A stretch of DNA of 64,000 nucleotides from Candidatus Bathyarchaeia archaeon. GTDB lineage: Archaea; Thermoproteota; Bathyarchaeia; Bathyarchaeales; Bathycorpusculaceae. The first letter of the stretch is position 1. Each line of letters starts with the position of its first letter. Shown in pieces: positions 48,606 through 59,276 of this stretch. The notes under the pieces are model-generated. The model ran no database searches, was not told the DNA's origin, and saw nothing but the letters and a program-made list of their open reading frames with translations. Position numbers and translations under genes: made by a program. The DNA lies in assembly GCA_049970895.1 (NCBI GenBank), contig JBMFMB010000001.1:96001-160000 (forward strand), written 5' to 3'.

Positions 48606-49919
48606 ATGGGTGAAAAGAGGATGCGCAGCCAAATTCCATTACCAGTAGATGAGCTCCCAACAAAATGGTATAACATACTGCCAGATCTACCTGAACCATT
48701 ACCACCCCCAAAGGAACCAGAAACCGGGCCGTCAAGGATGGAGTTTCTGGCTAGAGTCATGGTTAAGGAGTGTTTGAGGCAGGAGATGTCAAATGAACGT
48801 TGGATTCCAATTCCTGAGGAAATTCGCGAACTTTACTTGCACATGGGGAGACCTCGGCCTCTTTATCGGGCAATAAGACTGGAAAAGTGTTTAGGGCTTA
48901 GGAAGGTTAGGCTTTATTATAAGCGGGAAGATTTGTCTCCAACAGGTTCTCACAAAACTAACACGGCGGTTGCTCAAGCTTATTACGCTATGAAAGAGGG
49001 AAAAACAACTTTAACAACTGAAACTGGTGCCGGACAGTGGGGAACAGCCCTTTCTTATGCCGCACGGCTTTTAGGTTTAGACTGCGTTGTTTTCTGGGTT
49101 AAATCCGTCTATGATTGGAAAACGGACAGAAGAACGTTAATGGAGCTTCTTGGCGCGAAGGTTTACGCTTCACCAAGCCGAGAGACAAAAATTGGTAGGG
49201 AGGTTCTCTTGAAAAATCCGGAACATCCAGGTTCGCTTGGAATAGCAATTTCAGAGGGGTTAGAGTATGCTGAGACTCATGAAGATGCAGTTTACTGTTT
49301 AGGTTCCGTTCTAAACCATGTGCTTATGCACCAGTCCATAATCGGGTTGGAAACCATAAAGCAGTTTGACCTCATAGATGAGAAACCAGACCTGATAATC
49401 GGCTGCCTCGGGGGAGGCTCAAACTTTGGAGGTATAGCCTTACCCTTCATTGGCGAAGTTTTGAAAGGGAAAAGGGAATGTGAGTTTTTAGCTGCTCAAT
49501 CACTTGCAGCCCCAAACCTTGTGAAAGGTGAATATCGTTACGACTTCTGTGATGTGGCTGAATACACGCCTCTTCTGAAGGTTTACACGTTGGGGCATAA
49601 GGTTGAGATGCCGCCGATAAAAGCCGATGGATTGCGTTATCATGCGGCTGCCCCAATAATAAGCCTTTTAAGGCATCATGGCCTTGTGAAAGCAGTGGCT
49701 TATCCTATAGATGAGAAGGCTGTTTTTGAGGCAGCAAGGATTTTCCTCCAAAGCGAGGGATGGTTGCCTGCTCCGGAATCCAGTTATGCCATCCGCGCTG
49801 GGATAGACGAAGCCTTAAAAGCCGAAAAAGCCGGGGTTGAAAAAGTGATTTGCATGAATATAAGCGGACACGGTTTCCTAGACTTGACGGCATATAAGGA
49901 AAAGCTTGAAATTGGCTAA
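48606..49919 (+). CDS. trpB2: Tryptophan synthase beta chain, TrpB2 type
   Basis: WYNILPDLP, SPTGSHKTNTA, TETGAGQWG, GGGSNFGG, SGHG. Confidence 0.9.
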   Translation: MGEKRMRSQIPLPVDELPTKWYNILPDLPEPLPPPKEPETGPSRMEFLARVMVKECLRQEMSNERWIPIPEEIRELYLHMGRPRPLYRAIRLEKCLGLRKVRLYYKREDLSPTGSHKTNTAVAQAYYAMKEGKTTLTTETGAGQWGTALSYAARLLGLDCVVFWVKSVYDWKTDRRTLMELLGAKVYASPSRETKIGREVLLKNPEHPGSLGIAISEGLEYAETHEDAVYCLGSVLNHVLMHQSIIGLETIKQFDLIDEKPDLIIGCLGGGSNFGGIALPFIGEVLKGKRECEFLAAQSLAAPNLVKGEYRYDFCDVAEYTPLLKVYTLGHKVEMPPIKADGLRYHAAAPIISLLRHHGLVKAVAYPIDEKAVFEAARIFLQSEGWLPAPESSYAIRAGIDEALKAEKAGVEKVICMNISGHGFLDLTAYKEKLEIG

Positions 49920-49926
49920 AAATAGG

Positions 49927-50632
<706 letters not shown>

Positions 50633-50698
50633 ACTTTTGCACCGTATCAAAATATGTGGAATGGGCATTTAACTGATTTGCATTGCAAAAATGGATAA

Positions 50699-52528
50699 CT
50701 ACTTTACGGTTACGGATTTGGCCAAGTTTCTTGGCTTGTCGGGGTCATATCCCCTTTCAACAGCCATATAATAAGCCAAAAGTTGCAGTGGAACAACAAA
50801 TGGTATAGGTGACAGCACATCGGGTATGCCCTTTGGCACTTCAACATAGTCGTCTGCAAGCTTTTTGACCCCCTCGTCGCCCTCTTCGATGACGGCTATT
50901 ATTGAGGCTCCCCTTGCTTTCATTTCCATGATATTTCCTATAATTGTCTTATGAGTGTCGTCTTTTGGGCAGATGAAAACCACTGGGAAACCCTCTTCGA
51001 TGAGGCTTATTGGGCCGTGTTTGCTTTCGCCTGCTGGAAATGCTATTGCCGGGATGTAGGCTATTTCCATGAGTTTAAGTCTGCCCTCATAAGCTGTGGC
51101 TGTGCTTATGCCCCTTCCCAAAAAGAAGAAAACTTTGGCGTCTTTGTATTTTTTAGCTATGCCCTTAACCTTCTCCTCCTGTGTGGCGATCACAGTCTCC
51201 ACAATGTCTGGAAGCTTCTTCAACTTCGCCTCAATAAAGTCCATTTCGTCCTGCGAAATCTTCCCCCTCTTTTTCGCAAGCCTAAGCGCCAGTTGAGCGA
51301 GAACCGAAAGCTGTGAAGTGAATGTCTTGGTTGCAGCCACCCCGATTTCTGGGCCGGACTGCTGGCTTATGTAGACCCTTGAAACCCTTGTAAGCGTTGA
51401 GCCTATAACATTTGTAAGTCCGAGGATTGTCGCTGCCCTTTGGCGGGCAGCGTTTACCGCTGCAAGCGTGTCCGCCGTCTCGCCTGATTGGCTTACGGCT
51501 AAGATTGTGCTGTCAATGTTTACTGATTTGCCATGCTGTTCTATGAATTCTGAGGCTATTACTGGGTAGGTTGCCAGAAAAGCAAGTTTGGAGAACATGT
51601 ATGAAGCCGCCAGACATGCGTGGTATGATGTGCCACAAGCCACCAGAAACACTTCTTTAGCTCTGTCTAGGAAAGTCGCCATCAAGTCAAGATAGTGCTC
51701 CTGCAGCCTCAAAGTGTTCCGTAAGCATGCCGGTTGCTCATGAATCTCCTTCAACATGAAGTGAGGATAGCCCTGCTTAACAGCCATTTCAGGAGTCCAG
51801 TCAATGAGCTTTGGCTCACGCAGAACTGGGCTGAAGTCTACAATTTTTCTGATTTCGAAACCTTCAAAGGATAGGGTGACGAGTTCTCCGTCTTCGATTA
51901 TGACCGCTTTATTTGTTAGTGGCAAAAATGCTGGAATGTCTGAGGCGCAGTAAAGCGCGTTTTCTCCAATTCCTATAACAAGTGGGCTCTCATGTCTAGC
52001 ACACACCATTTTGTCCGGCTCTTTCGGAGAAATAACCGCAATAGCATAAGAGCCTTCAAGCCTCCTAACAGCCTCAAGAACAGCATCCGCCAGCCTCAGA
52101 GAAGAATTCATCTTAAATGCTTCCTCGATAAGATGGGCTATAACCTCAGTGTCTGTCCTAGACTGGAAGACGTGGCCTTTCCCTTCTAGTTCAAGTTTCA
52201 GCTCGGCGAAGTTCTCGATTATTCCGTTGTGAACAACTGCTATTTGCCCACTACAATCAATTTGGGGATGGGCATTAATCATTAATGGCGCTCCATGGGT
52301 AGCCCATCTTGTGTGGCCTATGCCTATGCAGCCTGGCAAATCGTCAAGGTTGTGGATTTTGTGGACTTCGTCTATTTTCCCGCTGTCCTTTTTAACGTAT
52401 AGTTTTCCATTATGTATTGTTGCTTCGCCCACCGAGTCGTAGCCGCGGTATTCCAGCCTTTTAAGGGCTTGGTGTATTATTGGTGCGGCGGTGCCTTCCT
52501 TTAAAACGCATCCAAATATTCCACACAT
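50699..52528 (-). CDS. glmS: Glutamine--fructose-6-phosphate aminotransferase
   Basis: MCGIFG, EYRGYDS, GHTRWATHG, SQSGET, PRNLAKSVT. Confidence 0.97.
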   Translation of the reverse strand: MCGIFGCVLKEGTAAPIIHQALKRLEYRGYDSVGEATIHNGKLYVKKDSGKIDEVHKIHNLDDLPGCIGIGHTRWATHGAPLMINAHPQIDCSGQIAVVHNGIIENFAELKLELEGKGHVFQSRTDTEVIAHLIEEAFKMNSSLRLADAVLEAVRRLEGSYAIAVISPKEPDKMVCARHESPLVIGIGENALYCASDIPAFLPLTNKAVIIEDGELVTLSFEGFEIRKIVDFSPVLREPKLIDWTPEMAVKQGYPHFMLKEIHEQPACLRNTLRLQEHYLDLMATFLDRAKEVFLVACGTSYHACLAASYMFSKLAFLATYPVIASEFIEQHGKSVNIDSTILAVSQSGETADTLAAVNAARQRAATILGLTNVIGSTLTRVSRVYISQQSGPEIGVAATKTFTSQLSVLAQLALRLAKKRGKISQDEMDFIEAKLKKLPDIVETVIATQEEKVKGIAKKYKDAKVFFFLGRGISTATAYEGRLKLMEIAYIPAIAFPAGESKHGPISLIEEGFPVVFICPKDDTHKTIIGNIMEMKARGASIIAVIEEGDEGVKKLADDYVEVPKGIPDVLSPIPFVVPLQLLAYYMAVERGYDPDKPRNLAKSVTVK

Positions 52529-52724
52529 GCTTTTGTCACAGTTCCCTTCGTTTTCGCTGGTTTTTGCAGCCTTATTTAGGGAAGCTTTTTGGTAATAAGC
52601 ATTTTTAAGAGAAAAATTTCAGCTCTAAAAATTTTCTATAGGCTTTCTAGCCGCTTATGCCTTTTAAAAGGCTTAATTTATCAACTAAAAGTTAATAACA
52701 TTTACAAAAATTTCATAATGGTCT

Positions 52725-53879
52725 TTAAGCTAATGCCTTCCTTGCCAGTTCGGCGCCCAAAACCATGTTTTTCAATTTTGCAAAGCTTACATCCCACGTC
52801 CTTGTTCTTAATCCACAATCGGTGCTCACATAAATTCTGCTGGGGTCTCCGACGATTTTGGCGGCATGGAGTATTCTATCCCTCACAAGTTCTGGTGGTT
52901 CAATAAAGTCTGTGTGGACGTCTATTACGCCTAATCCATACTTTCCCTCGAAGCCGTAATCCTCGAAGAGTTTCAGTTCTCTATAGCCTACGCGCACTTC
53001 GCCAGTCCCCCTTTGTCTGCTGTCTCTGTTGGCGAATTCGAGGGCTAGCTGGCTGCAGTTTCGCAGTTCAGCCGCATATTTCGCCAGCACTTCATAGTTG
53101 CTGTAGCAGTTGTGGAGACTGAAGATGCAACTAAAACCCTTAACAGTCTCATTAAAGGCTTCAACAAACAACTCCATTTCCTCAGCTGACGGGTTTGTGG
53201 TTGCTGCTGGCTCGTCTATCTGAATCCATTCGGCTCCGGCTTCCACAAGTCCACTTATTTCTGGTCTTACAACCTCTCTTATTAGGTCGAAGAGAAACTC
53301 CCTTCGAGCTTCCAGCTTCCTCTGTTTAAAATCCTTATTTTTGCCGCTTAGCCTTTTCTCATAATATTCGTTAAATGTCCAGTCAACAAGCGTGTAAGGA
53401 CCTGTGAAGGGTACTTTAACTTCTCTGTCTGTGTTTTTGCGTGTGAAGGCGAACTCTTCAACATAGAACGGTCTTACATATTTTGGCTTGCTTACGCACG
53501 CAGCCTTGTTAAAATATCTGTAGTCAAAGGATTTCACATAACCCAAAAATTTGAAGCCTTCAACGTTCCTAATGACGTGTTCGTACATTTCTGAACGCCA
53601 CTGTTCCCCATCAAAGACTATGTCGAGCCCCGCGTTTTCAAAGAAGCGGATGACAAACCTTGCAGACCACTCAAGAATCGCCCTCCTATCATCTTGTGTT
53701 CTTTCCCCTTTTTTCAAAATCTTAACCAGCTCATCCACGCCCACCATTCCCAGTCTCTGACCCCACTCTACAGCCTCTGCTATCTCGCTTTCTGATAGGG
53801 TTTCTCCCCTGTATCCCTTAACCCTCCATGCTGGCTTGGCAAGGCTTCCTATTTCCTGTGTTGGGAAAAGCTTATTCAT
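52725..53879 (-). CDS. metE: Cobalamin-independent methionine synthase-like catalytic domain
   Basis: TQEIGS, DGE..R, TGPYT, IQIDEPA, H.C, DCGL Zn ligands. Confidence 0.8.
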   Translation of the reverse strand: MNKLFPTQEIGSLAKPAWRVKGYRGETLSESEIAEAVEWGQRLGMVGVDELVKILKKGERTQDDRRAILEWSARFVIRFFENAGLDIVFDGEQWRSEMYEHVIRNVEGFKFLGYVKSFDYRYFNKAACVSKPKYVRPFYVEEFAFTRKNTDREVKVPFTGPYTLVDWTFNEYYEKRLSGKNKDFKQRKLEARREFLFDLIREVVRPEISGLVEAGAEWIQIDEPAATTNPSAEEMELFVEAFNETVKGFSCIFSLHNCYSNYEVLAKYAAELRNCSQLALEFANRDSRQRGTGEVRVGYRELKLFEDYGFEGKYGLGVIDVHTDFIEPPELVRDRILHAAKIVGDPSRIYVSTDCGLRTRTWDVSFAKLKNMVLGAELARKALA

Positions 53880-54870
53880 GAACCCCCAACCCCACCTTTA
53901 AACGCTTGGTTAAACGGCTAATAACCCGCATTTTTTCTTCGGCTCTCTCCCAAGGTAGAAATTCCAAATCACAGTTTGGACAAATGAAGACTTTGTGAAT
54001 CTTTGAAGGATAAATGGATTCAATAAGCTCCTCAGCCACCGTAAAAAGTTCATTTTCATCCTCGATTAATGAACTGCGGGCATCCACAAGCCCTAAGGCA
54101 ACACCCTTATTGAAATCGTATTCCTTCAGTTTTTCTAGGCTGGTTTCGTAAAGGTCTATTCCCAAATCGTCAACTGGAAAGTCTAGGACATCTGGCAGAA
54201 TTTGCGAAAAGTCTGCGAAAAAGGTTTGGAGACAAGTTCTTACATTTCCATTTTTGACAACAATTTTTAGGGCTTCTTTAACGTCAGCAAGCACATCTCT
54301 AGAAATTGGCTCTTTCAGTGGGTTGTAGATGAGTGCTGGGTCGCTTAGCTGAACATACTGGAAGCCCTTTTTCGCTAGGCTTTCAATTTCGGCTTTTAGA
54401 ACTTCGGCGTAGCTGAACATTAGATCCCTTTCATTTTTATAAAACTTGTTTTCCGAAAGCCTTGTTAAAGTGTAGGGTGCTGGCAGTATGGCTTTCCAAG
54501 GAACACTTCTTGGTAAATGCTCTATGTAAGCTAGTTCTGTTACTATGGCTTTCTTATGCCGTATTTCGCCTTGAACGATGGGCTTTCTATAAAAGGTGTT
54601 GTTGTTAAACCACCTTGCGAGGGCTCCGGCTTTTATGCCTTCAAGATTTTCTGTGAAGGGTCTTAGCAGATCTTGCCATTTGAGCATTCCGTCCGAAATA
54701 TGGCTTAGCTCGGCTGATAGTTGCGTCTCTATAGCTTTTATTGTGGCTTCTTTGAAGGCTTTTTCCAGCTCCTCTTCGCTGATTTTCCTCCTTTCATAGG
54801 CTCTTGTGGCTTCAACAAGCTTTTTTGGTCTTGGAAGTATGCCCGTCACATAGCAGCCAATCATTTTCAT
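53872..54870 (-). CDS. MetE N-terminal-half-like protein (split MetE)
   Basis: G..PR, SDG.L.W.D, RWFNNNTFYRKP, PAPYT, VQLSDP. Confidence 0.75.
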   Translation of the reverse strand: MKMIGCYVTGILPRPKKLVEATRAYERRKISEEELEKAFKEATIKAIETQLSAELSHISDGMLKWQDLLRPFTENLEGIKAGALARWFNNNTFYRKPIVQGEIRHKKAIVTELAYIEHLPRSVPWKAILPAPYTLTRLSENKFYKNERDLMFSYAEVLKAEIESLAKKGFQYVQLSDPALIYNPLKEPISRDVLADVKEALKIVVKNGNVRTCLQTFFADFSQILPDVLDFPVDDLGIDLYETSLEKLKEYDFNKGVALGLVDARSSLIEDENELFTVAEELIESIYPSKIHKVFICPNCDLEFLPWERAEEKMRVISRLTKRLKVGLGVHE

Positions 54871-54925
54871 CCTTCTTTGCTGGCTTGTGTGGTTATCTCT
54901 TCCGCCAACCATAATAAAAATTTTA

Positions 54926-54945
54926 ATAATAAAGACGTTTATTAT
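54926..54945. promoter_or_regulatory. Inverted repeat ATAATAAA-N4-TTTATTAT in the divergent metE/regulator promoter
   Basis: Perfect 8-bp arms, with a second imperfect copy at 54911-54930. May partly be back-to-back TATA boxes. Confidence 0.45.
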
Positions 54946-54959
54946 GCATGTGAAAAACC

Positions 54960-55925
54960 ATGGGCAAGAAGCTGCTGTTACATGATGATGGCAAAACGCA
55001 GATGGCTAAGGAGATAAAGGTATTTGACGATCCGCAGAAGCTTAAACTCATTTTGAATAGGCTAAGCTGGAAAATTTTGGTCATGCTTTCCGAGAGAGCA
55101 ATGTACCCCCTTGAAATTGCAAAGGAGCTTGGAATTCACGAGCAGAAGGTTTACTATCATATTAGGAAGCTGGTTAAGGCTGGAGCAATAACTGTTGCAA
55201 GGCAGGAGGAGAAAAAGGGAGCCACAGCCAAATATTACACAGCCGCCTCGCCAGCCTTTGGAATAGAATTGCCAAAAGGATATAGAACCATGGAGATGCT
55301 GCCATTTGCCAGCGTTAGCGAGCAGGTTCGAAGATTTTTCAGCGAGTTCATCCGTCCAGATAGATGTTTTGATGGCAAAATTGTTGTGGGCAGCCCAATG
55401 CCCCATGGACCCTTCAAAACAAGCGCTCGGGATGGGCATTATGCCTCCCACTTGGCTTTCTTTCTCGGTCAATTTACTAGGATGCCCGAAAATTTCGCTG
55501 TGAAACTTGACGTGGACGTTAAGGCTGAGAAGGATGAGAAGAACAATCTGATCCTCGTTGGTGGACCGGGAACAAACCTTTTGACGCAGGAATTGAACGA
55601 ATATCTGCCCTTAAAGTTTAATATGAAGCCATCCGAGCAAGGCTTCCTATTTGGTGGTTTGGTTTCATCTAAAACTGGGCAGGTTTATACGGCTGACACT
55701 GTTGGGCTTGTGGCTAAGATTGTTAACCCATGGGATGCGAGTAAGCGGGTCATTGTTTTGGCTGGGAATAAGGCTGTTGGTACTAAGGCGTGTGTTTTGG
55801 CGTTAACAAACTTCCACGAAAAGACGCTGAGAAGCTATAGGGGCGAGGAAACATTTGCGAAAGTGATACAGGGCTTTGACTTGGATGGTGATGGGAAAGT
55901 GGATTCGATAGAGGTTTTGGAGTAA
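54960..55925 (+). CDS. ArsR-type HTH regulator with large C-terminal domain
   Basis: YPLEIAKELGIHEQKVYYHIRKL; C-terminal NLILVGGPGTN. Confidence 0.8.
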   Translation: MGKKLLLHDDGKTQMAKEIKVFDDPQKLKLILNRLSWKILVMLSERAMYPLEIAKELGIHEQKVYYHIRKLVKAGAITVARQEEKKGATAKYYTAASPAFGIELPKGYRTMEMLPFASVSEQVRRFFSEFIRPDRCFDGKIVVGSPMPHGPFKTSARDGHYASHLAFFLGQFTRMPENFAVKLDVDVKAEKDEKNNLILVGGPGTNLLTQELNEYLPLKFNMKPSEQGFLFGGLVSSKTGQVYTADTVGLVAKIVNPWDASKRVIVLAGNKAVGTKACVLALTNFHEKTLRSYRGEETFAKVIQGFDLDGDGKVDSIEVLE

Positions 55926-55926
55926 A

Positions 55927-56370
55927 ATGCTAAAAATTCGTGTGGCAGAGCAAAACGACTTACCAAAAATAATCGAGCTTATTAAAAGAAACAAGGAGCC
56001 CTTAAATGAAGATTTAGGGCTATTTTCAATTTTGAAAGCCCAAACGAGAAGTGCAGATTCTTTGTTGCAGAAGAGGATGGCGAAATTGTTGTTTTGGGAG
56101 AGTGCATTTTACAGATGGAACAGAAGCGCTTATGTGATAAACCTACTTGTTGACGCTGGTTATAGACGTAGAGGGATAGGCTCTCTTCTTCGGAAGACTA
56201 TGGATGAGTTTGCAAGGGAAAACGGCGCCAGGGTTCTGATGTTTGACACCGCCATAGATAACATTCCAGCCCTAAACCTTTATTTTAAGAACGACTTCAA
56301 AATCTGCGGCTATAACGAGAAGCTCTATGACATTGCAAAAACAGCGTTATATCTGGCAAAAGAGCTTTAA
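55927..56370 (+). pseudogene. GNAT acetyltransferase, probably frameshift-damaged
   Basis: YRRRGIGS and ALNLY.K..F are in frame, but the FFVAEEDGEIV strand lies in another frame. Confidence 0.6.
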
Positions 56371-56381
56371 TCCGCAGTGGT

Positions 56382-56755
56382 GTGGGCCATGTTAAAGTTT
56401 TCATCAGAAAGATGTCTGAGCTTGATTGGCTGATGTTTCAGAGCTGGCTCCTTTGGCAAATCCCCACTCGGTTAAGGAGCAGTATAGGAAGCATTATAGA
56501 AGTGCTAAAAGAAAATCCGGACCTCTCCTTTGTTGCTGTTGCGGATGGAAAGGTCATTGGTTATGTACAAGCTGAGGCTTTGGCTCTAAGGCTATTATTG
56601 AAGATATTGATAGGGCATATCAGAGTAAGGGTGTGGGAAAGCGGTTATTGGAAAAGGAGCTACAAATTTTGAAGCGTAAAAGTGAAGTTGCGTTTGCTGA
56701 GGTTCATTATGAATGCTCTTTAGCCACACCATTTTACTACAAATTTGGCTTTTGA
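56382..56755 (+). pseudogene. Second GNAT acetyltransferase, frameshifted
   Basis: FVAVADGKVIGY, then YQSKGVGKRLL...FYYKFGF in a shifted frame. Confidence 0.6.
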
Positions 56756-56844
56756 ACATGTGGGTTTCAGCAGACTATTTGGAAGTTGGGCACGACGCAA
56801 TAATCTTAAAGTTGGAGCTGTAAATTGTTGAAAGGTTTCAACTC

Positions 56845-57270
56845 ATGCAAATAACCGAATGTATAACAGCATTTGGTCATAAGAATGTCAAAGCTAAACA
56901 TAAAACAACGCTTGAAATAACGAAGGAGAAAGAACTTTCCATTAGGGGAGACTGCATTATCGCAGTTTCCGCCGACAAAGGTCTTCCAGATTTGAAACAA
57001 GAGTTTAGGGAACTTCTCCGTAGAGAAAACGCAAGGCTAAAAATTCTAATGGACGCTGGCGGTGTTGTTGACGTGGTGAGGGCTTTTGGAAGCCCAATGC
57101 TGATTTTGTCGCATCCAACTGACATGGTCGTGAGAAAAAGTGGATACATCTGCAGCAGAACTTTGGCAATAAGGGCTGATAAGGCAGCTTGCGACTTGTC
57201 AAGGGCTCTTGTGAAAAAACTGCAAAACCCAAAACAGAGAGTTAGGATAACTTTAACTGTTGAGGTTTAG
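56845..57270 (+). CDS. DUF371 family protein
   Basis: GHKNVKAKHKTTLEITK...RGDCII, ADKAA.D. Confidence 0.85.
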   Translation: MQITECITAFGHKNVKAKHKTTLEITKEKELSIRGDCIIAVSADKGLPDLKQEFRELLRRENARLKILMDAGGVVDVVRAFGSPMLILSHPTDMVVRKSGYICSRTLAIRADKAACDLSRALVKKLQNPKQRVRITLTVEV

Positions 57271-58337
57271 CGAACCTCAGCGTCTAGGACGGTTTGCCAC
57301 TCGTATGGGGCTGTTTCACGAACAGTTCTTGAAAAGAGGATTTTTACCACATTTCTCCCGGATTTTTCAACTTCTTCCTTGAACCGATGTTTCAATTTTT
57401 CTAACGGGTTCTCTGCAGTGACGAAGCCGTAAAAGTGTATGATGCCTCCCTCGGGTTTTAGCGCCTCGCATGCAGCTCCAACGAACTCTATAGCTTTTTC
57501 TGGTAGGTTCATTATAACGCGGTCTGCCACTCCTCGAAGCTTATGTTTGACAATTTTTTTTGCGTCGCCGTGGATTGGGTGAACTTTTCCCTCAACTCTG
57601 TTTAGTCGGACATTCCTTTTTAGCAAAGCCATTGCGTCTGGGTTTATGTCTATGGCGTAAACATTAACGTTTTCATGGGTTTTTGCTATGAGGATTGAGA
57701 ATGGACCTACTCCCGCAAACATGTCTAGGATTGTTTCGCCTTCCTTAACCATTGATGCCACACGTTTGTGTTCGTGGGATAGGCGTGGTGAGAAATAAGC
57801 TTTGGCTAGGTCTACATGGTATAGGCAGCCATGCTCTTTATGTATGGTTTCTGTTTTTGGCTCTCCAGCTATTAGTGTGTATTCTCTTGTGCGGTATTCG
57901 CCTTTTATCGCCCCAGCCTTTGCTAGAACAGTCCGCAAGTTTTTATGGAATAGCAAGATGGCGTTTCCAATGTCTTTTTTGTAGGCTTCAAGTTCCGGTG
58001 GGCTTTCAATTATGGCTATGTCGCCGACAATATCCATGGCGCGAGGAACACAAGCCAAAAGGTGGGGTGGGAGCTCGCCTTCCAAAATTTCCATAAGCGT
58101 TTTTGGATGCTTTTTCCGTTCTGGAAACTTGTGAATTGTGATTTCTAGACTTGCGGTTTGTTTTTGGAGGGTTTGCACCTCGTCTTGCAATGGGCTTCTG
58201 ATGATGGGGATATAAATGTGTGCGTTGTCTCTTTGAATCTCCAGTTCTTTGCTGATTAGTCCTAGTTTGTGGGCTGTTTTTATGGCTTTTTCTCCTTCAT
58301 TTTTGGGGACTTTGAGGCAGATGGCTTCCTTTTGCAT
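57267..58337 (-). CDS. trm5: Trm5/Taw2-family tRNA methyltransferase
   Basis: D.VGDIAI, YFSPRL..E, DMFAGVGPF, DINP, RVIMNLP. Confidence 0.85.
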   Translation of the reverse strand: MQKEAICLKVPKNEGEKAIKTAHKLGLISKELEIQRDNAHIYIPIIRSPLQDEVQTLQKQTASLEITIHKFPERKKHPKTLMEILEGELPPHLLACVPRAMDIVGDIAIIESPPELEAYKKDIGNAILLFHKNLRTVLAKAGAIKGEYRTREYTLIAGEPKTETIHKEHGCLYHVDLAKAYFSPRLSHEHKRVASMVKEGETILDMFAGVGPFSILIAKTHENVNVYAIDINPDAMALLKRNVRLNRVEGKVHPIHGDAKKIVKHKLRGVADRVIMNLPEKAIEFVGAACEALKPEGGIIHFYGFVTAENPLEKLKHRFKEEVEKSGRNVVKILFSRTVRETAPYEWQTVLDAEVR

Positions 58338-58353
58338 AGAATTGCCTAAAATT

Positions 58354-59262
58354 TTACTCTATTATTTTGAAGAAGTCCCTTTCGGTTATTATGCCAACAA
58401 GCCGTTCATTTTGGACCACTGGTAGGGCGCCGAGGTTTTTCTCCCGCATGATTTTTGCTGCTTGTCCAATTTCAGCCTCTGGCGTGATTGTTGCAACTTC
58501 TTTTGTTGCTATTTCCATGGCTGGCGTGTTCAAAACCTGTGTTATCGTTCCGGATTTTAAGTGTTTGAACACTTCTCCCGAGCCGAAAAAGCGTATTATG
58601 TCCATGGCTGTTACTATGCCTATGACTTTGCAGTCTGAAACTATTGGGAGTCTTCTGAAGCCCTGTCCAATCATCGTTTTCTCCGCTTCAAAGATTGTTG
58701 TTTTTGGCAGTGCTGTCACCACTTTTTCAGTCATTAACTGTGAAACTTTTATTCCGCTTATTCTGTCTGCGAACATGTGGGCTACATCCCTTTCTGTAAC
58801 TATTGCCCTAACATGGTTTTCTTCGTCCACAACTGGTAAGCCGCCCACATTTTTCTCCTTCATGAGCTTTATTGCCTCGCTTATGTCCGCTGTGGTTTCA
58901 ACGGCGAAAACCTTCTGGCTCATTATGAGTTTTATGGGTTCGTTTATGGCTTTGAAAATGTTCCCCGAAAACTTCTGCTGGACTATTTCGAATTTTTTGC
59001 CTCCGCCTAGATAGTCAACTATGTCTGTGGCTGTTACTATGCCAGCCAAGGTTTTTGTGCCAGGGTCGGCTATAGGGATTCTTCGGAACCCCTCTTTTGC
59101 CATTATTTTTATGGCGTCGTGTATGGGTGTTGTTGGAGCCATTGTTATGACTGGGCTTTTGGCTATGTGCATCACGTCGCCTTCGCGCTTTTTAGCCGCG
59201 GAACCCTTCAATGAGACTGGACCTTTTCCTCTTAGCGTTCTCCTAAAAGTTTCTCTGCTCAA
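58354..59262 (-). CDS. CBS domain protein (two pairs)
   Basis: FRRIPI, GGLPVV, FRRLPIV, GALPVV. Confidence 0.9.
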   Translation of the reverse strand: MSRETFRRTLRGKGPVSLKGSAAKKREGDVMHIAKSPVITMAPTTPIHDAIKIMAKEGFRRIPIADPGTKTLAGIVTATDIVDYLGGGKKFEIVQQKFSGNIFKAINEPIKLIMSQKVFAVETTADISEAIKLMKEKNVGGLPVVDEENHVRAIVTERDVAHMFADRISGIKVSQLMTEKVVTALPKTTIFEAEKTMIGQGFRRLPIVSDCKVIGIVTAMDIIRFFGSGEVFKHLKSGTITQVLNTPAMEIATKEVATITPEAEIGQAAKIMREKNLGALPVVQNERLVGIITERDFFKIIE

Positions 59263-59276
59263 TTTTTCCGCTTCTT

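Noticed and set aside
52530-52724. AT-rich gap upstream of glmS as a glmS ribozyme or replication origin
   Set aside because: No ribozyme core or ORB repeats seen; only a short palindrome (GCCTTTTAAAAGGC) and promoter/terminator-like tracts.
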